Shown here: piece by piece, positions 46,417 through 55,119 of the stretch | Layout of the letters: every line of letters starts with the position of its first letter | How positions within the stretch are numbered: position 1 is the first letter of the stretch | Assembly (NCBI GenBank): GCA_044376115.1 | Contig: JBILLK010000026.1 | Location: forward strand, 64,001 to 128,000 | Direction: 5' to 3' | DNA length: 64,000 nucleotides | From: Polyangiaceae bacterium | Lineage (GTDB): Bacteria > Myxococcota_A > Polyangia > Polyangiales > Polyangiaceae | The notes under the pieces: model-generated | What the model saw: the letters and a program-made list of their open reading frames with translations, nothing else | Databases searched by the model: none | What the model was told of the DNA's origin: nothing | Position numbers and translations under genes: made by a program

Positions 46417-47406
46417 ATGAACGCACTGCGCCCCATCACCTCCGCATCGCTGCTCGCCGCGCTCACGAGCTGCGTGTTACCCCCGCTCGATCTCGAGGAC
46501 CGGCCCTGTCCGTGCGCGGACGGTTACGTCTGCAACGCGAGCACCCAGCTGTGCGAGCTGCCCGGCTCAGCCGGAGGAGGAGGTGCGAGCGTCGGCGGTG
46601 CACCGTCCGGAGGCTCGAACTCGATCGGTGGTGGGGGCAGCGGCGGTGCTGGGGGCAGTGGCGGTGCTGGGGGCAGCGGCGGTGCTGGGGGCAGCGGCGG
46701 TGCTGGGGGCAGCGGCGGTGCTCCCTCGGTCTACGCAGCACGCGTCCTACAAGACGGCGCGATTGCTCATTACCGGCTCAACGAGCCGCAAAACAGCGCC
46801 ATCGCCTTCGACTCGATCGGCGATCACCACGGCATGTATGCACTGTCGGTCAGCCGCGGTGCACCGGGAGCGCTTGCTAGCGATGACGATCCGGCGGTCA
46901 AGCTCAACGGGGTGGACGGCGCGATCCTGGTGCCGGACAACTTCGACTTTGCGGGCTCAGCGCCTTATTCGATCGAGCTTTGGTACAAGCCCGACGGCGG
47001 CGACGGCTTCCGGTTCCTATTCGAGAAGCGTGGCAGTGTGAACGGAGCGCGCGATGGAAATTCGCTCTTGCTCTACCCGGACAATAAGGCCGGTCTCGAA
47101 CGTTGGTCCAACGGCAGCGCCCATGTCAGCGCGCAGCTTGGCACCTCATCGGATGGCGTTTGGCATCACATCGTTTCTACCTTTGACGGGCAGCGAGCGC
47201 GCACCTACGTGGACGGCTTCTTGGGCGGCGTACCAGGCGTCACCAACGCGACCCTGACCGACAGCGACAGCCCGGTGGCGTTCGGCGCGGAGTCCTCGCT
47301 CAACGGCGGGTTCTTCAGCGGCAGCCTCGACGAAGTCGCCATCTACCCAGCGGCGCTCTCCCTCGAGCAAATCAGCGCCCACTTCCAGCTCGGCTCGTTG
47401 CCATGA
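46417..47406 (+). CDS. LamG/concanavalin-like domain lipoprotein
   Basis: LTSC lipobox, small Cys domain, GGSGGA linker, SIELW, WHHIV.TFDG..YVDG, FSGSLDEVAIY..AL. Confidence 0.9.
   Translation: MNALRPITSASLLAALTSCVLPPLDLEDRPCPCADGYVCNASTQLCELPGSAGGGGASVGGAPSGGSNSIGGGGSGGAGGSGGAGGSGGAGGSGGAGGSGGAPSVYAARVLQDGAIAHYRLNEPQNSAIAFDSIGDHHGMYALSVSRGAPGALASDDDPAVKLNGVDGAILVPDNFDFAGSAPYSIELWYKPDGGDGFRFLFEKRGSVNGARDGNSLLLYPDNKAGLERWSNGSAHVSAQLGTSSDGVWHHIVSTFDGQRARTYVDGFLGGVPGVTNATLTDSDSPVAFGAESSLNGGFFSGSLDEVAIYPAALSLEQISAHFQLGSLP
46633..46722 (+). repeat. 18-bp coding tandem repeat x5
   Basis: gggggcagcggcggtgct x5 with one mismatch, encodes GGSGGA. Confidence 0.95.
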
Positions 47407-48590
47407 AGCTGTTGCATCGAACGAGCCTACTCAGCCTGGGTTGCTTGCTCGCAAGCTCATGCGCAGCGGCCCCCGCGGAGCTCGGCAAGCAGGCACCGAA
47501 CGCCAGCGTGACCGCGTCCGCGCCTGCCACAGCTTCGGCGCTCGCGTCGGACGCAAGCGTCTCCAAGACCGACCCCGGTCCCGAGACAAGCCGGCTCGGC
47601 AAGCGCTCGGTATACGCACCACTGCCTGACATCGAGGCCTGCAGCGCCTGCCCTTGGCCGGGTACCGGTTGCACCGTTGGCGGGGATAAACGCTGCGCGC
47701 TCGACAAGGCCGCCTATTGGAAGGTCTGGCCCGAGCGAGTGAAGCCCGCTGAGCCGATCGGCACCATGGGGTCCTTTTGCATCTCCGGTGCGGCAGGACA
47801 AACTGGCTGCGGCGTACCCAGCTCCAACAAAGCAGCCGGCTTCACGAGCCTAACGCCGGAGAGCCCCTCGCAACGTTTTGCGCTGCTCTCGAGCGAGGAG
47901 CTGCTCGGGGTTTACGCCTTCACCGTGACCTCTTACGGCCGCGGCGTACTCGGCGTGGTGACGCCGTCGCTGAAGGTGGATGCAGCGCTGTTTGCGCGTG
48001 ATGGCGGTGCGCTGGTCAGCAACTCCGATGGCGACCTGATTCAAGTTGGCATCGAGCTCGCGCAGCCACCGCCGGAGCTCCCCGCTCGCATGCCCAGCCT
48101 GTTCCCGCAACGCGGCCTGGCTTCAGCGCGTTCGCCGGAGCTATTTCAGAAGGCCGTGGAGATCGCCAATAAAGCTCGCGCGATCGACGCCAACCTGGGC
48201 GACCTCCGTCGCCAGGCCGCGCTCACGCATCGCCGATCCGGCTTCGAGATCCGCTTGGTGGCGTTCTTCCGGGGCGACAAACTGGTCAAGCTGCTGACCC
48301 AACATCCTTATCTCCCGCCGCTGGTCGACATGGCCTTCTACTTCGAGAACGAACAGCTGATCCTCGTGCGGACGAGCACGTTCACGTTTGCGACGGACGA
48401 GCAGGGCGAGCCCGAGGTCCTCTACGACACCAGCTACCGAGATGAGCGCGGCCTCGTTTGGTGCGATGACCCAACCTTCGATCCCACGGCGTTGACGCGC
48501 AACTCGTTAGTCGCTGGCGGCTCGCTCGTCTCTGAGGTCAAGAAGGCGCTCAAAGACCCGGACTACCACCTCGCCGAGGACGTGCTCTAG
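47403..48590 (+). CDS. hypothetical lipoprotein
   Basis: ASSC lipobox-like, Ala/Ser linker, Cys cluster; ATGA overlap with upstream stop. Confidence 0.7.
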   Translation: MKLLHRTSLLSLGCLLASSCAAAPAELGKQAPNASVTASAPATASALASDASVSKTDPGPETSRLGKRSVYAPLPDIEACSACPWPGTGCTVGGDKRCALDKAAYWKVWPERVKPAEPIGTMGSFCISGAAGQTGCGVPSSNKAAGFTSLTPESPSQRFALLSSEELLGVYAFTVTSYGRGVLGVVTPSLKVDAALFARDGGALVSNSDGDLIQVGIELAQPPPELPARMPSLFPQRGLASARSPELFQKAVEIANKARAIDANLGDLRRQAALTHRRSGFEIRLVAFFRGDKLVKLLTQHPYLPPLVDMAFYFENEQLILVRTSTFTFATDEQGEPEVLYDTSYRDERGLVWCDDPTFDPTALTRNSLVAGGSLVSEVKKALKDPDYHLAEDVL

Positions 48591-48648
48591 CCAGCGCAAC
48601 GTCGCGCTTGCGCACGACCCCGAAGAAGCGCTTTGATAACCGATCATC

Positions 48649-49515
48649 GTGATCAACACACCGCGCTGGCACCCCGGACAGAGCATCGTATCTCGCTATC
48701 AACTGCGTGCGCACCTCGGCTCGGGCGCCGCGGCAGAGGTGTGGCGCGCTTTCGATTCGCTGCTCGAGGCCACCGTCGCCATCAAGCTCTTGGACCCTCA
48801 ATATGCAAGTAGCGAAGTCGCCCAGCGCTTTCTGCGCGAAGCGCGCGCCTCGGCTCAACTGCGCAGCCTTCACGTCGTACAGATCCTCGATCACGGGCTG
48901 CACGGGATGGTTCCCTACATCACGATGGAACTGCTCGAAGGGGAGACGCTCGCTGCGCGACTCGAGCGTCAGGATCACCTCTCCCCCGAAACCTTGACCC
49001 ACCTCTTTGGTCACATCGCCAAGGCCGTCGCCAAAGCCCACTCGGCCAACATCATTCACCGCGACCTAAAGCCATCGAACATCTTCATCGTGCGTGGGGA
49101 CGAGCCCGACGAAGAGATCGGCAAGGTGTTCGACTTCGGCATCGCCAAGGTTGCACAAGCTGCCGGTTCCGCGCCAAAAACAAGCATGACGCGGCTCGGC
49201 ACCTTGCTCGGTACGCCCTACTACATGAGCCCGGAGCAAGCCCGCGGGGACCTGGTTACCTCGGCCACCGACATCTATGCGATGGGCATCGTCGCCTTCG
49301 AGGCGCTCACCGGTAAGCTCCCCTTCACCAGCGACAACGTGGGCGACATCCTCGAGTTCGCGTCCGCCGGCGATCTGCTCCGCCCTTCCAGCGTCGCCGA
49401 CGTCTCGCCCGACTTCGACGCGTGGTTCGCCATGGCCACCGCCTACGAGCCGAAGGCGCGCTTCGCCTCCGCCAAGGAGTGCGCGGCGGCGCTGAAGAGC
49501 TGCTTGTTGGAGTAG
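48649..49515 (+). CDS. stand-alone cytoplasmic Ser/Thr protein kinase
   Basis: GSGAAAEV, VAIK, HRDLKPSN, DFG, GTPYYMSPEQ; no TM. Confidence 0.94.
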   Translation: MINTPRWHPGQSIVSRYQLRAHLGSGAAAEVWRAFDSLLEATVAIKLLDPQYASSEVAQRFLREARASAQLRSLHVVQILDHGLHGMVPYITMELLEGETLAARLERQDHLSPETLTHLFGHIAKAVAKAHSANIIHRDLKPSNIFIVRGDEPDEEIGKVFDFGIAKVAQAAGSAPKTSMTRLGTLLGTPYYMSPEQARGDLVTSATDIYAMGIVAFEALTGKLPFTSDNVGDILEFASAGDLLRPSSVADVSPDFDAWFAMATAYEPKARFASAKECAAALKSCLLE

Positions 49516-49545
49516 GGCTGGTTACGAGGCTTGGCGTCCGCCTTC

Positions 49546-50421
49546 CTACGAGGCGTCGGCGATTGAACGAATGGCGTTGGCGAAGGTGCCCCATAGCGGG
49601 CGTGGCAAGTCGTGCCCCATATCGCCGAGCTCGAGAAGGCGGGCGTTGGGAATGGTGCGCGCCATGGCGCGGCCGGCGATCACGGGGATGAGCGGGTCTT
49701 GCGAGCCGTGGATCACGAGCGTCGGTAGCTGCAGTTTCGAGAGCGCGTTGCTGCGACTTCCGCCTGCGCAGATCGCCGCCATTTGCCGAGCGAAGCCGGC
49801 CGGATTTTGACCGCGGTCATAGGAGCGCTCGGCCATGTCGCGGAGGACGCTCTCATCCAAGGCGTGCGTGCGACTTCCAATCGCGCGGAAGGTGTTGAGC
49901 ATGCGCTGGACGGCTTGCTCGCGGGTGCGCGGAAGCGGACCAAGCAGCGCCTTGAGCGCGCCGGGTTGGGTCGCGAGCACGTGCCGGCGATCGCCCGCCG
50001 TCGACATCACCGAGGTGAGCGAGAGCACGCGCGCGCGATGCTCGATCGCCACCGTCTGCGCGATCATGCCGCCCATCGAGGCGCCGACGATATGCGCCTT
50101 CCCTACGCCGAGTACATCGAGCACGCCGACGACGTCGCGGGCCATGTCGCTGAGCGTGTACGGCGCGTCCACCTTGAGCCCGAGCGCAGCCCGCAATAGC
50201 GCCTTGCGCGGATCCGGGATCGGCAAGTGGCGCAGATGCGAGGAAAGTCCGACATCGCGGTTATCCATCCGGATGACCGAGAAGCCGAGCTCCACCAGCC
50301 GCGCGCAAAATGGCTCTGGCCAAAGCACCAGCTGCGCGCCGATGCCCATCAACAAAACGAGGGGCTCGCCCTCCCCTTGCCGCTCGACCTCAATCTCGAT
50401 TCCGTTCGCTTGGACCCGCAT
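49546..50421 (-). CDS. alpha/beta hydrolase (esterase-like)
   Basis: DNRDVGLS, YTLSDMA.D, GASMGG, HGSQDP, MGHDLP. Confidence 0.93.
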   Translation of the reverse strand: MRVQANGIEIEVERQGEGEPLVLLMGIGAQLVLWPEPFCARLVELGFSVIRMDNRDVGLSSHLRHLPIPDPRKALLRAALGLKVDAPYTLSDMARDVVGVLDVLGVGKAHIVGASMGGMIAQTVAIEHRARVLSLTSVMSTAGDRRHVLATQPGALKALLGPLPRTREQAVQRMLNTFRAIGSRTHALDESVLRDMAERSYDRGQNPAGFARQMAAICAGGSRSNALSKLQLPTLVIHGSQDPLIPVIAGRAMARTIPNARLLELGDMGHDLPRPLWGTFANAIRSIADAS

Positions 50422-50620
50422 GTCGTCGGTCCTTCCCACACTCGCGTGGAGCCGGCTAGGCCTGCGTCAACCTACGTCTAGGGCCGTGTGCGCGAGGGCT
50501 CAAACTGGCGGAAAAGCTGCCTGTGCACGAGAGACCGTTGCCCGAGGTTGTTCGGCCGAGCAATTTCAGCTAAAAATTGAGGTCTCGAGTCCTCACCGCT
50601 CGAAAACCCTTAGGAGCAGA

Positions 50621-52279
50621 GTGGACGCTAAGAACCTCGTAGGCTCAACCATCGACAACCGCTACGAGGTCACGCGTGTGATCGGAGCCGGCGGGATGGG
50701 CGCCGTTTACGAGGCGATGCACGCGGGCACCGGTCGGCGCGTTGCCGTGAAGGTGATTTCGACGGGCGACGTGACGCGAGACGCAGGCCTTGTCGGTCGC
50801 TTCCAACGGGAAGCAAAGGCTGCTGGCGCGATCGCCACGCAGCACATCTGCCAAGTGCTCGACACCGGCACCGACGCCACCACCGGCTGGCCGTACATGG
50901 CCATGGAGTTCATGGAAGGGGAGGACGTACAGCAGCTCGTACGTCGCATCGGCGTGGTCAGCGGAGAGCTCGCGCTGCGCATCGTCGCGCAAGCCTGCGT
51001 TGGGCTGGCAAAGGCCCACGCCGCGGGTGTCGTGCACCGCGATATCAAGCCGGCCAACCTCTTTCTCGCCAAAGGGGACGACGGCAAAGTCGTGATCAAG
51101 CTGCTCGACTTCGGCATCGCCAAAGTGAAGATGGAGCACGCGAGTGAAACCGGAGATGCCGGCCTCACTCGCACCGGCACCATGCTGGGCTCACCGCTCT
51201 ACATGTCGCCTGAGCAAGCCCGCGGCATGAAGACGATCGATCACCGCGCCGACATTTGGTCGCTAGGCGTGGTGCTCTATGAGCTGCTTTGCGGTCGCAC
51301 GCCGTATCACCACATCGACGCGCTGGGCGAGCTGATCATCGCCATCTGCTCGGAGCCGCCGGCGCCGGTGCAAGAGTTCGGGCCGTGGATTTCGCCGGAG
51401 GCCGCCACCATCGTGCACAAGGCCCTGCGCGCCAATCCGAACGATCGCTACCAGACGGCGACCGAGATGCTCGACGCGATCAAGCAGGTGCTGCCGAACG
51501 GCTTCGACGTCTCTGACTCGATGTTGGTTGGCCTGAGCGAAATCCAGCGCTCTGACATCGCGCAACGCATCTCGGTCACGCCTTCGCCGGACGTCAACCG
51601 TACGAGTCAGCTGCCCAGCCACGCTCGCTCCACCCCGCCACCGGCCGGCCAAACGCAGATCAATTCGCAGCTCAACTCGCGCACCAATGAAGGCGTCGCG
51701 ACCTCAACGGAGCGCTCGCCGCCCCGTCAGAAGTCGAACCTGCCTTACATCCTGGCCGGTCTCGGCGTGAGCATCCTCGGCGGCGGCTTTGCGGCCTACA
51801 AGTTCGCCGGCGACGAGAGCGCTCCGGAGCCTGTGGCCCTCCCCGGCGCCACGACCACGCCCACACCGACGGCTATTCCGCAGCCAACGGTTGCCCCTGC
51901 TGCAACCAACACCGCGCCCGCCGTCAACCCGATCGCCAAAGACAAGACGGTCAGCTTGGTGATCTTCCCGGAAGACGCAGTGGTCGTCGTGGACGGTCAG
52001 CCCGCAGAGGTCCGGCGCGGCGTCGTGCGCATCAGCGGTGCGCTCGGTAGCGAGCACGAGGTGAAGCTCACCGTGAACAAGCAAACGGTCTCGGAGATCG
52101 TCGTGATCTCGGAGAGCGGTGCGTCGCCGCCCAAACTCGAGCTGGAGGTCAAATCCGGGGTCGTGCGCGTGATCAAGCCCGCTGGCCCGGGCGGAGCCGC
52201 AGGGACGTCCGCTCCCATCGTGACGCCCGGCACCGGCAAGCCTGCTGTAGGGATCGAACAGAAGTTCGGCGACGACTGA
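50621..52279 (+). CDS. membrane Ser/Thr protein kinase with PEGA-like extracytoplasmic domain
   Basis: RBS aggag before GTG; GAGGMGAV, HRDIKPAN, DFG, GSPLYMSPEQ; TM; PEDAVVVVDG. Confidence 0.95.
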   Translation: MDAKNLVGSTIDNRYEVTRVIGAGGMGAVYEAMHAGTGRRVAVKVISTGDVTRDAGLVGRFQREAKAAGAIATQHICQVLDTGTDATTGWPYMAMEFMEGEDVQQLVRRIGVVSGELALRIVAQACVGLAKAHAAGVVHRDIKPANLFLAKGDDGKVVIKLLDFGIAKVKMEHASETGDAGLTRTGTMLGSPLYMSPEQARGMKTIDHRADIWSLGVVLYELLCGRTPYHHIDALGELIIAICSEPPAPVQEFGPWISPEAATIVHKALRANPNDRYQTATEMLDAIKQVLPNGFDVSDSMLVGLSEIQRSDIAQRISVTPSPDVNRTSQLPSHARSTPPPAGQTQINSQLNSRTNEGVATSTERSPPRQKSNLPYILAGLGVSILGGGFAAYKFAGDESAPEPVALPGATTTPTPTAIPQPTVAPAATNTAPAVNPIAKDKTVSLVIFPEDAVVVVDGQPAEVRRGVVRISGALGSEHEVKLTVNKQTVSEIVVISESGASPPKLELEVKSGVVRVIKPAGPGGAAGTSAPIVTPGTGKPAVGIEQKFGDD

Positions 52280-52328
52280 GCGTGGTCGATCGACAGGGCT
52301 GGTGGATGCTCGGATAGTATCCCCGGCC

Positions 52329-53093
52329 ATGCGGCGCCGATCTCTCCTCCACGCTAGTGGAGCTTTGCTGACCTCTTCCCTTGGGTGTGGCCCTGCTTCG
52401 GAAGCTCAGGCTCCGTCCGTGGCAGCGAAGCCTTCGCCTTCAGCGGCCGCACCAGCGTCAACGGAGGGGCTCGCTCCGACGAGCACGGCCGCAACGTCCG
52501 CTGCGAGCGCAAGCCCGAACGCGAGCGCCTCGGTAGCGACGCCCAGCGAGGGACTCGGCGCGCCCGCCATCACGCCGCTCCCGGAGTTCGCGCGAGTCAT
52601 CGCTCGGGTCGGGAAGAACCATGGGCACTCGTTCGTCGTGCCCGTCGCCGACGTCATCGCTGGGAAAGAGGTCACTTACTCGCTCCCAGGACCGCACGAG
52701 CACGCGATCACGCTCTCTGCCGACGACTTAACGGTGATTCGCCGCGGAGAGATCCTCCGCGTGCGCAGCACCGAGGCGAACAACCACAAGCACCGGCTCT
52801 GGGTACGCAGCGCTCCCGCCGTCGATCCCCCGGAGTGGATCAGCGCTTGTAAGGCGACCTTCACCGGCAAGGACGAACACGAGCTCGTGGTCCCCGAGGC
52901 CGACCTCGCCTCCACCGTCGAGCGTTCGTACGACGTTCAGGGCATCGCTGGTCACGCGCACACGGTGACGCTGGGCCCCGCCGACTTCGACAAGCTTCGG
53001 AAGGGTGGGCCGGTGACGGTGCACACCTCGCGCGAGGTTTCGGATGTGCACCTTCACACGGTAACGGTGGAAGTACTCAAGCGGCGTCGTTGA
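52329..53093 (+). CDS. putative Tat-exported lipoprotein with duplicated His-rich domain
   Basis: MRRRSLL, SLGC; two similar domains carrying HGH/HEH/HKH and HE/HAH/HLH. Confidence 0.75.
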   Translation: MRRRSLLHASGALLTSSLGCGPASEAQAPSVAAKPSPSAAAPASTEGLAPTSTAATSAASASPNASASVATPSEGLGAPAITPLPEFARVIARVGKNHGHSFVVPVADVIAGKEVTYSLPGPHEHAITLSADDLTVIRRGEILRVRSTEANNHKHRLWVRSAPAVDPPEWISACKATFTGKDEHELVVPEADLASTVERSYDVQGIAGHAHTVTLGPADFDKLRKGGPVTVHTSREVSDVHLHTVTVEVLKRRR

Positions 53094-53106
53094 CGCCGCT
53101 GCGAGT

Positions 53107-55119
53107 TCAGAAGCTGGCGCGCGCCGAGATCCCGGGGACGATCAGGCCGGTCGTGCCGAAGGTGGTCTCTTCCGCCTCGTAGGAGGAGATGCCGTCGCCG
53201 GTGACGTTGAGGGTCGGGTTTTCATCGCCGCCCCAGGTTGGCGCGCTGGGCGTAATCAGCACCACGCCCTGCACGCCCACGCCCACCTCGAAGGTCTCGG
53301 TCAAGCGGTAGCCGATGGAGACCTCGGGATCGACGTAGATGAAGGTGGAGAGCGAGCTGCTCTCGAGCGCCGGAGCATCGAACGAACCGCCAGCGCGCGT
53401 AGCGAAGGTGCCCGTACGAACCGCACGAGCGTCGCTGATGAGAGCGCCGCCGCCGAGTCGGAAGCGAATCGGGAATTGCTCGCCCAAACGATACGAAGCG
53501 TGAGCACCAGCGAGTACGCCGCGCAGCCGCAGATCGTCGTTCGCGGAGCCGCTCAGGCCGTCGAGCCCGACCGGCGTGAGCGAAGTGCCGCGTTCTTCGA
53601 ACGATTGCGAAGCCTGCATGATGCCGGCGGAAAGCCCGAGGCCGAAGCCGGAGCCGAATTCGTAGGTGCCGTTGATCATCATTAGGCCGCCAAAGCCGAG
53701 CGATTGAGCGCAGCCTTCACCGCACGAGGCCGCGACGTCTCCGCCGAGAGTTGGCGTAAGCGCGACGCCGCCGGTGATATCGAAGACGATCTTGGAGGGC
53801 ACACGCCAGGCGTCTGCGCTCTCATCGCGCTCGAGCTCGAACTTGAGTTCACCGCGATCACCGCGCTCTACCGTGACTTCTTGGCGCTTGGGGAAGTAGC
53901 CCTCGGCGAGCACCTCCACCGTGTGTTTGCCGGTGCGTAGTCGTCCGTCGAAGACGCCGCGACCCACCGTTACACCGTCGAGACGAACGCTCGCGCTTAG
54001 CGGCTTCACATTGACGAGCAGCCCCGCCTCGAGCGGCTCGGCGACCAACGTCAAGGTGGAGAGTTCGTCTTTGGCGACCGGCGCTGCGGTCGGCATCGTG
54101 CCTTGGTCCCCGTCGCCCAGCAGTTGGATCACGTGATCGCCCGTGGCCACGGTGCCTTCCCACGGCGTCACACCAACCACCGCGCCGTCGAGCAGAACGT
54201 CCAGCTTGAGACCGTTCTTCTCGCTGACCTTCAAGGTTCCTGAGGCCACCAGCGCCGGCATCTTGGCGTCGACTTTGGCCGTCTGACCACCGGCGATCTC
54301 GAGCGTGGTCTCGAAAGGTTGGAAGCCCTGCTTGAAGAGCCGCACCGAGTGCGTTCCAGCGCTCACCCGCAACGGATCGATCAGGGGGTAGTCAGCGCGT
54401 GCTTTGCCATCCACCAAGATTGACGCGCCGGGCTCTGCGCCGATCACATCGATGGTGCCGACGAGCGTACGAAGCTCGGCCACTTCCTTCTGTGCGGCCG
54501 CTTTCTTATCTGCGGACTGGTTCGGGTACTCGCGCAAAAGCGCTTCATACAGATCGAGCGACTCGTCAAAGCGCTTCAATTTGCGCATACAAAAGGCTGC
54601 GTTGTTGAGCGCGGTGCGGGTCGGGAACAGCTCGCGAGAGAGCAAGAACTCAGCGAGCGCCGCCTGCCATGCGTCTTCGGATAGGAGCTGCAGACCCTTC
54701 TTGAAGTGCTCCTCGGCTTCACCACGCTTGGCCGGATCCGGAGGTGCATCTTCATCAGCGCCGCCACCGCTCGCTGGCGGCGGGGTCGCCGAGACCGGAA
54801 CAACGACCGGCGGATCGGCGGGCTTGGGCTCAGCAGGCTTCTCAACCGGCTTGGGCTCCGCCGGCTTCTCAGCAGGCTTCGGATCGGCGGGCTTGGTCTC
54901 GGCTGGCTTGGGTTCAGCTTTGGGCGCTGGTTTGCCGGCGGGCTTGGCTGTGGGTCCGGCGCTCGGTTTGGCCGTGGGTGCAGCACTCGGCTTCGCTGTG
55001 GGTGCAGCACTCGGCTTGGCCGTGGGTGCGGGTTGGGCCACTACGCTTCCCGCGAGGGCCAGGCTCACGACCACGGCGGGAACAACAGAGAACAGCGGCC
55101 GCTCGAACAGGCGCTTCAT
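53107..55119 (-). CDS. TPR + PEGA repeats + C-terminal outer-membrane beta-barrel-like protein
   Basis: Signal, Pro/Lys linker (APTAKPSA repeats), AEEHFKKG..ALAEF TPR, three PEGA repeats, amphipathic beta strands, ends ARASF. Confidence 0.88.
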   Translation of the reverse strand: MKRLFERPLFSVVPAVVVSLALAGSVVAQPAPTAKPSAAPTAKPSAAPTAKPSAGPTAKPAGKPAPKAEPKPAETKPADPKPAEKPAEPKPVEKPAEPKPADPPVVVPVSATPPPASGGGADEDAPPDPAKRGEAEEHFKKGLQLLSEDAWQAALAEFLLSRELFPTRTALNNAAFCMRKLKRFDESLDLYEALLREYPNQSADKKAAAQKEVAELRTLVGTIDVIGAEPGASILVDGKARADYPLIDPLRVSAGTHSVRLFKQGFQPFETTLEIAGGQTAKVDAKMPALVASGTLKVSEKNGLKLDVLLDGAVVGVTPWEGTVATGDHVIQLLGDGDQGTMPTAAPVAKDELSTLTLVAEPLEAGLLVNVKPLSASVRLDGVTVGRGVFDGRLRTGKHTVEVLAEGYFPKRQEVTVERGDRGELKFELERDESADAWRVPSKIVFDITGGVALTPTLGGDVAASCGEGCAQSLGFGGLMMINGTYEFGSGFGLGLSAGIMQASQSFEERGTSLTPVGLDGLSGSANDDLRLRGVLAGAHASYRLGEQFPIRFRLGGGALISDARAVRTGTFATRAGGSFDAPALESSSLSTFIYVDPEVSIGYRLTETFEVGVGVQGVVLITPSAPTWGGDENPTLNVTGDGISSYEAEETTFGTTGLIVPGISARASF

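Noticed and set aside
49835..50620. N-terminal extension of the 814-aa kinase ORF
   Set aside because: Overlaps the antisense hydrolase gene; good RBS and GTG at 50621
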